Assembly: GCA_963823185.1 (NCBI GenBank)
Contig: CAWGKP010000011.1
Location: 331,223 to 395,222 of the forward strand
DNA: 64,000 bases
Origin: an uncultured Acidobacteriota bacterium
GTDB taxonomy: Bacteria > Acidobacteriota > Thermoanaerobaculia > UBA5066 > Gp7-AA6
Direction of reading: 5' to 3'
Part shown: positions 26,743-33,807 of the stretch, in pieces
Layout: every line of letters begins with the position of its first letter
Position numbering within the stretch: position 1 is the stretch's first letter
Notes under the pieces: generated by a model
The model's input: only the letters and a program-made list of their open reading frames with translations
Database searches by the model: none
What the model was told of the DNA's origin: nothing
Made by a program: the position numbers and the translations under genes

Positions 26743-27332
26743 GCGGCGCCTCCGCGCGCGCGCTCTCTCGCGATCGCCACGAAGTTCGCGAGCAGCTTCT
26801 CCCCTTCCGGCGTCAGGACGGACTCGGGGTGAAACTGAACGCCGAAGACCGGGAGGGCGCGGTGCGCGAGTCCCATGACGAGGCCGTCGTCGCTCCGGGC
26901 GGTGACCCGCAGATCGTCCGGCAGTCCCTCCTCGCGCACGACGAGCGAATGGTATCGCGCGGCCGGAAACGGGCTCGGCAGTCCCGCGAAGATTCCGCGG
27001 CCGTCGTGCGCCACCTCCGAGCTCTTCCCGTGGCGCGGCGTCGCGCGCTCGACGCGGGCGCCGTGCAGCGCGCCGAGCGCCTGATGGCCGAGGCACACGC
27101 CGAGAAGCGGAATGCGCTCGCGCTCCGCGGCCGAGATCATCGCCATCGACCGCCCCGCGTCCTCGGGACGGCCGGGCCCGGGCGAGACGACGACGGCCGC
27201 CGGGCGCCGCGTCACGACCGCGTCGGGATCGAACCGGTCGTTGCGCGCGACCTCGACGTCCGGGTCGAGCTTCCCGAGCGCCTGGACGAGATTCCAGGTG
27301 AAGGAGTCGTAGTTGTCGACGACGAAGATCAT
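26739..27332 (-). CDS. trpG: Anthranilate synthase component II (glutamine amidotransferase)
   Basis: The sequence includes DNYDSFTWNLV, GVCLGHQ (catalytic Cys) and FHPES. The ATG overlaps the trpE stop (ATGA). Confidence 0.9.
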   Translation of the reverse strand: MIFVVDNYDSFTWNLVQALGKLDPDVEVARNDRFDPDAVVTRRPAAVVVSPGPGRPEDAGRSMAMISAAERERIPLLGVCLGHQALGALHGARVERATPRHGKSSEVAHDGRGIFAGLPSPFPAARYHSLVVREEGLPDDLRVTARSDDGLVMGLAHRALPVFGVQFHPESVLTPEGEKLLANFVAIARERARGGAA

Positions 27333-28813
27333 TCGCCGCCCCGCGACCAGGCGCGCGCGATCTCGATCGCCCGGAAGAGCGCCGCCGCTTTACTCTCCGC
27401 CTCGCGATACTCCCGCTCGGGCACCGAGTCGGCCACGATGCCGGCGCCCGCCTGCACGCGGCAGACGCCGTCCTCGACGACCGCCGTGCGGATGGCGATC
27501 GCCATGTCGAGATTGCCCGCGTGGTCGAGGTAGCCGACCGCGCCCCCGTAAACGCCGCGCCGCGCGCCCTCCCATTGATCGATGCGCTCCATCGCGCGGA
27601 TCTTCGGCGCGCCCGTGAGCGTCCCGGCCGGAAAGCACGCCGCGAGCGCGTCGAGCGCGGACCGCGGCGCCGCCAGCCGGCCCGACACGTCGGAGACGAG
27701 ATGCTGCACGTGCGAGAACTTCTCGATCGCCGAATAACGATCGACCGTGACGCTCCCGATCTCGCAGACGCGCCCGAGGTCGTTGCGGGAGAGATCCACC
27801 AGCATGACGTGCTCGGCGCGCTCCTTCGGGTCGGCCGCCAACGCTTCCGCCAGCCGCGCGTCCTCGGCGGGCGTCGCCCCGCGGGGCGCGGTTCCGGCGA
27901 TCGGCCGCGTCTCGACCCGCCGGCCGCGGCATCTCACGAGCATCTCCGGCGAGGCGCCGAAGACGACGGCGTCCCGCGTCTGCAGATAGAAGAGGTAGGG
28001 CGAGGGGTTGAGAACGCGCAGCGCCCGGTACGCGTCGAACGGATCGGCGCCGAGCGGCGCGGTCCAGCGCTGCGACAGGACGACCTGGTAGATGTCGCCC
28101 GCGAAGATCGCTTCCCGGGCGAGCGCGACCCTCTCGAGGAACTCCTCGCGCGAGAGGAGCGCCTTCCATCCGTCAGGCGACATCGCGCCGCCCGCCGCCT
28201 CGGGCATCCGGCGGACCGGACCGACGGCCGGCGCCTCGGCGAGGAGCGACTCGAGGCGGTCGAGGCGCGCGGCGGCGCGGTCGGCCTCGGCCTCTTCGTC
28301 GCCCGGGCGCTGCGGCGCGAGCTCGGTCAGCAGGAGCAGACGGCGTCGCAGATGATCGAACGCGACGACGGCGTCGAAGTGGAGGAAGAGGCCGTCCGGA
28401 ATCCTTCCCTCGCGCGGATGGCGGTCCGGGATCGCCTCGAAGAGACGCACCGCGTCGTACCCGAGCCACCCGACCGCGCCGCCCGAGAGCGGCGGCAGGT
28501 CCGGATCGGGCACGAAGCCCTCGCGGACGACGAATCGCTCGAGCGCGGCCAGCGGAGCCTCGCCCGAGGGAGCCGCGCTCGCGCTCCCGATCTCGAATCG
28601 CGCGACCGGATCGCAGCCGAGGAACGTGTAGCGGCCCGTCTCGCCGGCCTCGACGCTCTCGAGGAGAAAGCACTCGCGGCCGTCGCGGCGCATGCGGTCG
28701 AGCAGCGCGACCGGCGTCACGGTGTCCGCCGCGAAGATGCGCGCGACCGGCACGACCGCGCCGGCGCGTGCCCTCGAGGCGAAGTGCCGGCGCTCGGCCT
28801 CGCGCACGTTCAC
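27329..28813 (-). CDS. trpE: Anthranilate synthase component I
   Basis: The sequence includes LLESVE, MLVDLSRNDLGRV, FPAGTLTGAPKIRAME and YGGAVGY. The GTG start overlaps the aroDE stop (GTGA). The 999-aa track ORF is a read-through artefact. Confidence 0.9.
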   Translation of the reverse strand: MNVREAERRHFASRARAGAVVPVARIFAADTVTPVALLDRMRRDGRECFLLESVEAGETGRYTFLGCDPVARFEIGSASAAPSGEAPLAALERFVVREGFVPDPDLPPLSGGAVGWLGYDAVRLFEAIPDRHPREGRIPDGLFLHFDAVVAFDHLRRRLLLLTELAPQRPGDEEAEADRAAARLDRLESLLAEAPAVGPVRRMPEAAGGAMSPDGWKALLSREEFLERVALAREAIFAGDIYQVVLSQRWTAPLGADPFDAYRALRVLNPSPYLFYLQTRDAVVFGASPEMLVRCRGRRVETRPIAGTAPRGATPAEDARLAEALAADPKERAEHVMLVDLSRNDLGRVCEIGSVTVDRYSAIEKFSHVQHLVSDVSGRLAAPRSALDALAACFPAGTLTGAPKIRAMERIDQWEGARRGVYGGAVGYLDHAGNLDMAIAIRTAVVEDGVCRVQAGAGIVADSVPEREYREAESKAAALFRAIEIARAWSRGGE

Positions 28814-30289
28814 GCGGCTCCCTTCGGGAGGAGCTCCGAGATCTCCTCGAGCGTCGCGTCCTTCGACCCGAAGAGCCGCGCCTGGCGCACGGCCTGCGCG
28901 GCGAACATCTGTATCCCTTCCACGACCGGGCAGCGCGCGGCGCGCGCCGCGGCGACGGTCGCCGTTTCCGATCCGTCGCGCCGATAGACGCAGTCGAAGA
29001 CCAGCGGGCGATTCTCGAGAACCGTCCGGGGGAAGGCCGGCGGATCGCCGGGGCGCGACCCGAGGGGTGTCGCGTTCAGGTACAGATCGGCTTCGCTCGC
29101 CGGAAGATCCGCGAGGGCCAGCGAGTCGACGTGCATCGCGTCCGCCAGGGCGTCCGCCGCGGCGTCGTCGCGGCCCGTGACGAGCACCTCGTATCCGAGG
29201 CGGCGCGCCGCGAGCACCGCCGCGCGCGCCGTTCCGCCGGTGCCGAGGATCACGGCCGTGCGGCCCTCCCCCGTATCGTGATCGGCCAGAGGATCGAAGA
29301 TGCCGTCGACGTCCGTGTTCTCGGCGCGCCAGCTTCCGCCGGCGCGCACGAGCGTGTTCGCCGCCTTCGTCTGCGCGACGTCCTCCGAGCCGCGCGCCGA
29401 CGCGGCCGCCGCCAGTTTCCAGGGCTGCGTGATCGAGAAGCCGCGGAAGGCGGGGTCGAACACGAGGTCCTGCGGGCGCGCGCGGTCCCAGTCGGCGACG
29501 GGAAGGGGCAGATAGAGATTCGGCAGCGACCGCGCGCGGAAGAGCGCGTTGTGGACGCGCGGCGAGAGCGACCCCGAGACGTCTGCGCCGACGATGCCGT
29601 AGAGCGCCTCGATTCGGCGAGGCGCGCTCGACCGCGTAGATGTCGAACAGATCCTCGAGCGGAATCTGCCCCGGAGCCGTCGCCGCCTCGACCGGGCCAT
29701 ACACGAGCGCGGAGCCCGAGAGCGCCGAGAGCACGCGGCCGGGCGCGCTCGCCGGCCCCATCGGAAAGATGGCCGCCGAGTCCCTCGCCTCGCGCGCCTG
29801 GATGGCCGCCACGGCGAGGCTCGCCGGAAGGTCCGCCGCGCCGCAGACGAGCTTGACCGCGCGCGCTCCGGCGGCGCGCATCGCGGAAAGCCGTTCCGCC
29901 CAGTCGGCCGGGAGGCCGAACGGCGCGTGGTGCGACACGATGACGCGGCGGCGATCCGGCAGCTCGCCCGGATCCGCGAGCAGGCCGCTCGCGTGCTCGA
30001 CGTCCACCGTGGCGCCGGCGGCGTACGCATCGCGGACGAGTCGCCGGTAGTCCTCGGCCGATCCCGAGAAGTCGCCTCCCTCGGCGCGCGTTCGCCAGGT
30101 CGCGACGACCGGCCGCGGGTCGAGCTCGAGGAGGCGGGCGGCCGGGATCGGCGCCGCCGCGCGGTCGAGGCGCATCTCGATCGCCGTCGCTTTCGGCGGC
30201 ACACGCGCGACGAGACGGCGCGCGTCGTCGAGGTCGCGCGGTGCGAGCGACGCGACGTAGGCCGGAATCGGAACGATTCGTTCGCTCAA
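28810..30289 (-). CDS. aroDE: Bifunctional 3-dehydroquinate dehydratase (type I) / shikimate dehydrogenase fusion; one frame break as sequenced
   Basis: The N-terminal half is AroD-like (IPAYVASL..ATAIEMRLD..VIVSHH..AVKLV). The C-terminal half is AroE (YGIVGADVSGSLSPRVHNALF, KAANTL, ILGTGGTARA, LNATPLG). The halves lie in different frames, joined at about 29611..29625. The start is probably TTG 30289. The length of 1480 nt (3n+1) fits a 1-nt indel. Confidence 0.75.
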
Positions 30290-30322
30290 AACGAAAACCC
30301 CCGAGCCCGTCCGGGCCGGGGG
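30288..30322 (-). terminator. Intrinsic terminator (attenuator terminator) immediately upstream of aroDE
   Basis: On the minus strand, CCCCCGGCCC-GGAC-GGGC(U)CGGGGG forms a 10-bp stem with one bulge (30322..30298). It is followed by UUUUCGUUUU (30297..30288). Confidence 0.75.
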
Positions 30323-30383
30323 TTCCATTCTGCCGCCTCTGGTTTCGCCCCGCCCGAACGAATTCGGCAGGGCGCAAGCCGCC

Positions 30384-30434
30384 CTACCGGGTCGCCTCCC
30401 GCCACCACCACGACCGAGCCGAGCGAATCTTCAT
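30384..30434 (-). CDS. trpL: Candidate trp operon leader peptide MKIRSARSWWWREATR (or 21 aa from in-frame ATG 30449)
   Basis: A mini-ORF below the track size cutoff. It has three consecutive TGG codons at 30410..30402 and its TAG stop at 30386..30384 inside a hairpin. It lies between the upstream gene's stop and the terminator preceding aroDE-trpEGDCFBA. No convincing SD was seen. Confidence 0.65.
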   Translation of the reverse strand: MKIRSARSWWWREATR

Positions 30435-30470
30435 GGGCCGGAGGATCATCCTGCAAAGGATCGGCCGAAG

Positions 30471-31724
30471 TCAATTCGAGGAAGGAGGAGTCGCGGTGGG
30501 CGCCGGCATCGGCGAAGCCGTCGGCGCAACGGCCCGGCGGTCGGCGCGGGTCGAGAAGGAGAGCGGCAGGTTCAGACCGGACTCCGACGACGGCGGCTTG
30601 CCCTGGAACGCGATCTCGATCGACGATCCGGTCCGGCGGTACACGTACCGTTCGCCGGGGCACGCGCGGGACGCGTCGTCCTCGAGGTTCGCGGGCCACT
30701 TGCCGTCGCGGGAGCCGGCGCGCGCGAGGCGCAGCTCGAGGATCTTCGACGTCAGCTCGGAGTCGATCGCCGACCTCCCCGCGCGCTCGAGGACGTTGCG
30801 AAGCTGCGGCACCTGCATGTCCGTCATGATCCGCGCCATCTCGGCCGAGTCGCCGCCCGAGTCGGTGCGGCGGTACTCCTCGATCATCGGCCTCGCGATC
30901 TCGTCGTTCGAGACCTCCGCGAGGGCGCACGGCGCGACATGGCGGAGCGGCTCGGCGGCGGCCTTGCGGGCGCGAACGCTCAAGTTCGAAAGCGCGGACG
31001 AGGACAGGAAGCTCTTCGGTTCCTCTTCGTAAGTGTCGAGAGCCCGGGTCCAGGGATCGTCGCGAGAGAGGCGATCGAGCCACGACACGGGCGGCTCGCG
31101 CAGCTTTCGGAGCGTCCCGGACTGCATCTTCATGACCGCGATCGCGAGCAGATCGTCGATCAGCTGGGAGCCGCGGGCGAAGGACTCGAAGATGGACCAG
31201 GAGGCTTCCAGAAACCGAGCGCTCTCTTCGGTTCGGCCTCGACGCTCCGCGGAGAGCGCGGCGGCGAGCAGGAGTCGATCCAGCCGGATGAGCGCCAGGG
31301 CGCGCGGCGCGACGCCCTCCCGGGAGCTGATCGGCCGACGACCACTCCGGCACTCCCTTCTCGAGCGCCGCGACGACCGGCCAGAGAGCTCCTTGACGGC
31401 TCTCGAGAAAGTCCCGGAGGCTCTTCGGCTCCTCGCCGATCGAGTCGTCCGCGACGGAGAGCTGCGCGTTGAGCCAGCCGCCGGCGCCCGAAGCCGTGAA
31501 CGGCCTCGACGCTCTCGGGCGAGGCCCGGTCGAAGCGGGAGTCGCCCGGCTCGAACTCGATGCCGAGGGCGGGCCCCCTGCGGCAGAGCTCGTCGGCAAC
31601 CGAGTTGCGTGGCCGGGCCCGACGGCTTCGGGACGAGGTCCTCGGCGCGCGGGGCGGGAGTCGTCTGTCCCGAGGAGCTCGCCGCGGCAAGGAGGAGAAC
31701 GAACGCCGCGGCGACGCGGCTCAC
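30471..31724 (-). CDS. Secreted hypothetical protein downstream of cysS; apparently three frame breaks as sequenced
   Basis: GTG 31724 overlaps the cysS stop (GTGA). The signal peptide is VSRVAAAFVLLLAAASSSGQ. Plausible non-low-complexity translation passes through three frames, with breaks near 31595..31607, 31478..31500 and 31312..31330. The last ~270 aa (LALIRLDRLLLAAALSAE...IEIAFQGKPP) are in one frame. No family was recognised, so the reconstruction rests on composition only. Confidence 0.4.
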   Translation of the reverse strand: MSRVAAAFVLLLAAASSSGQTTPAPRAEDLVPKPSGPATQLGCRRALPQGARPRHRVRAGRLPLRPGLARERRGRSRLRAPAAGSTRSSPSRTTRSARSRRASGTFSRAVKELSGRSSRRSRRECRSGRRPISSREGVAPRALALIRLDRLLLAAALSAERRGRTEESARFLEASWSIFESFARGSQLIDDLLAIAVMKMQSGTLRKLREPPVSWLDRLSRDDPWTRALDTYEEEPKSFLSSSALSNLSVRARKAAAEPLRHVAPCALAEVSNDEIARPMIEEYRRTDSGGDSAEMARIMTDMQVPQLRNVLERAGRSAIDSELTSKILELRLARAGSRDGKWPANLEDDASRACPGERYVYRRTGSSIEIAFQGKPPSSESGLNLPLSFSTRADRRAVAPTASPMPAPTATPPSSN

Positions 31725-33113
31725 GCCCTCTTCCACCTCGTTCCCGCGGGGCCGTCCTCGAGCACGATGCCCCTGCCGGCGAGCTCCTTGCGGATGCGGT
31801 CGGCCTCGGCGAAATCGCGGCGCTTGCGGGCGTCGTTGCGGGCGGCGATCTGCGACTCGATCTCCTCCGGCAGCGCCTCGGCCGCCTTCGGCAGGATCCC
31901 GAAGACCCGATCGGCGGCGGCGATCGCCGCCTTCGCTTGAGACGCGCCCGCCGCGTCGAGCGTGTGCCCGTCGACCGCCGCGTTGACCTCGCGCACGAAG
32001 GTGAAGAGCGCGCCCTGCGCCTCGGCGGTATTCAGGTCGTCGTCGAGCGCCGCGGTGAACTCCTGGCCGCAGCCGGGCCGCGCGCTCGGCCGCCGGGAAT
32101 CCTCCCGAGGTCTTTCCGGACGCCGCGATCTCGTCGAGTCGCGCCGCCGCCGTGCGGACGCGTGCGACCGCCGCCGCCGCGCCGGCGAGCCCGTCCCACG
32201 TGAAGTTCAGCTTCTTGCGGTACGGGACCGAGAGAAAGAGATAGCGCACCGCCGCGGGATCGTCGCGCTTCGCGAGCACGTCGGCGAGAGTGAAGAAGTT
32301 CCCCTTCGACTTGGCCATCTTCTCGCCGTCCACGATGAGGTGCTCGGCGTGCATCCACAGGTTCACGAAGGGATGGCCCGTCGCGCCTTCGCTCTGGGCG
32401 ATCTCGTTCTCGTGGTGCGGAAAGATGTTGTCCACGGCGCCCGTGTGGATGTCGAAATGCTCGCCGAGATACTTCATGCTCATCGCCGAGCACTCGATGT
32501 GCCACCCCGGCCGCCCCGGACCGAACGGCGACGGCCACGTCGGCTCGCCGGGCTTCGCGGCTTTCCAGAGGACGAAGTCCTTGACGTCCTCCTTCTCGTA
32601 CTCGTCGTCCGCCACGCGCTCGCCGCGGCGCGTGCTCGTCAGGTCGATTTGCGACAACTTCCCGTAGCCCGGGAAGGACGCGATCCGGAAGTAGACCGAG
32701 CCGTCGGCCTCGTACGTGTAGCCGCGCTCCCGGAGCTTCTCGATCATCGCGATCATCTCGGGGATGTGCTCGGTCGCGCGCGGATAGCGCTCGGCCTTCT
32801 CGATGCCGAGCGCCGCGATGTCCTTGAAGAACGCCTCGATGTACTGCGCCGTGAAGTCGTCGAGCTTCTGGCCCGCCTGCGCCGCGCCGCGGATCGTCTT
32901 GTCGTCCACGTCCGTCAGATTCATGATCTGCGTGACGCGCAGCCCGCTGGCGAGCAGATGGCGGCGCAGCACGTCCTCGAAGAGGAACGTGCGCAGGTTC
33001 CCGATGTGGACGACGTTGTAGACCGTCGGCCCGCAGGTGTACATCCGCACGTGCCCCGCTTCGAGCGGCGACAGCTCGTCCACCCGCCGTCCCAGCGTGT
33101 TGAAGAACCTCAC
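31721..33113 (-). CDS. cysS: Cysteine--tRNA ligase; one frame break as sequenced
   Basis: The sequence includes MYTCGPTVYNVVHIGNLRT (HIGH), WHIECS and KMAKSKGN (KMSKS). The C-terminal part (EFTAALDDDLNTAEAQGALF...RKRRDFAEADRIRKELAGRGIVLEDGPAGTRWKR) is in another frame, with the break at about 32068..32090. The GTG start overlaps the def stop (GTGA). Confidence 0.85.
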
Positions 33114-33619
33114 CACACCCCCCGCGCCTGCGTCTTCGCGATCTTGCGCCAGGTCATCTCGCGCTTCAACCCGCGCAGGCGGTCCACGTAGAGGACGCCG
33201 TTCAGGTGATCGATCTCGTGGCACAGAGCGCGCGCCATGAGGCCCGTGCCCTCCATCTCGCGGAGCTGTCCGTTCGCGTCGAAGAAACGCGCCTTCACCC
33301 GCGCCGGACGCACGACCTTCTCGGCGAAGTCGGGAATCGAGAGGCAACCCTCCTCCTCCTTCTGCTCGCCCGAGGTCTCGACGATCTCCGGGTTCACCAT
33401 CGCGATGCGCGCGGCGGGATCCGCGCCGGCCGACAGATCGATGACCGCCACGCGCCGGTTCACGGCGATCTGCGGCGCGGCGAGGCCGATGCCGGGAGCG
33501 GCCCGGCACGTGTCGAAGAGGTCGGCGATCAGGGCGGGGAGGTCGGCGCCGGCCGGGTCCACCTCATCGTTGGGATCGAGCAGACGCGGGTCGCCATACC
33601 GTACGATGTCGCGAATCAC
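33110..33619 (-). CDS. def: Peptide deformylase
   Basis: The sequence includes GIGLAAPQI, EGCLSIP and HEIDHLNG. The start is GTG 33619 (VIRDIVRYGDPRL). Confidence 0.9.
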   Translation of the reverse strand: MIRDIVRYGDPRLLDPNDEVDPAGADLPALIADLFDTCRAAPGIGLAAPQIAVNRRVAVIDLSAGADPAARIAMVNPEIVETSGEQKEEEGCLSIPDFAEKVVRPARVKARFFDANGQLREMEGTGLMARALCHEIDHLNGVLYVDRLRGLKREMTWRKIAKTQARGVW

Positions 33620-33807
33620 GCCGGTCCCCCGGCGCCGGGGGCTGTCCTCCCGCCCTCGACAATGTCCCCGACTTGGGACAAACCCTCCGCCGAGCCCCGG
33701 CGCAGCCATTCCATAAGTCTTTTATTTAGAGCATATTTCGCGTCTCGGGACAAGGGCTGCCGGTGGCACGTTTATGGCTCTTTAATCTCGCCGGAGGCTC
33801 GAAGTCG

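Larger units (their letters stand above)
30288..30449 (-). promoter_or_regulatory. Candidate ribosome-mediated transcription attenuator of the aro/trp operon
   Basis: The region contains the leader ORF, a chain of mutually exclusive hairpins and a terminator:
- Hairpin 1: 30389..30380 pairs with 30374..30365.
- Hairpin 2: 30367..30363 pairs with 30358..30354.
- Anti-terminator: 30355..30348 pairs with 30321..30313.
- Terminator: 30322..30298.

All pairings were derived by hand. Confidence 0.6.

Noticed and set aside
27329-30328. Very long same-strand track ORFs: 999 aa here, plus 30471..33509 (1012 aa), 15764..18064 (766 aa), 49254..54656 (1800 aa), 45895..48855 (986 aa), 40272..42494 (740 aa), 22299..23900, 23099..24640, 24288..25391 and 25690..27096.
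   Set aside because: Only the C-terminal part of each matches a real protein. The N-terminal extensions read through the upstream gene in a wrong frame. Starts were placed at the conserved N-termini, mostly at GTGA/ATGA stop-start overlaps.
33620-33807. The AT-richer divergent intergenic region between def and the FecR-like gene, examined for promoters or a riboswitch.
   Set aside because: Only weak hexamer matches were found (for example CATATT with a poor -35). No recognisable riboswitch core is present. Nothing could be supported.
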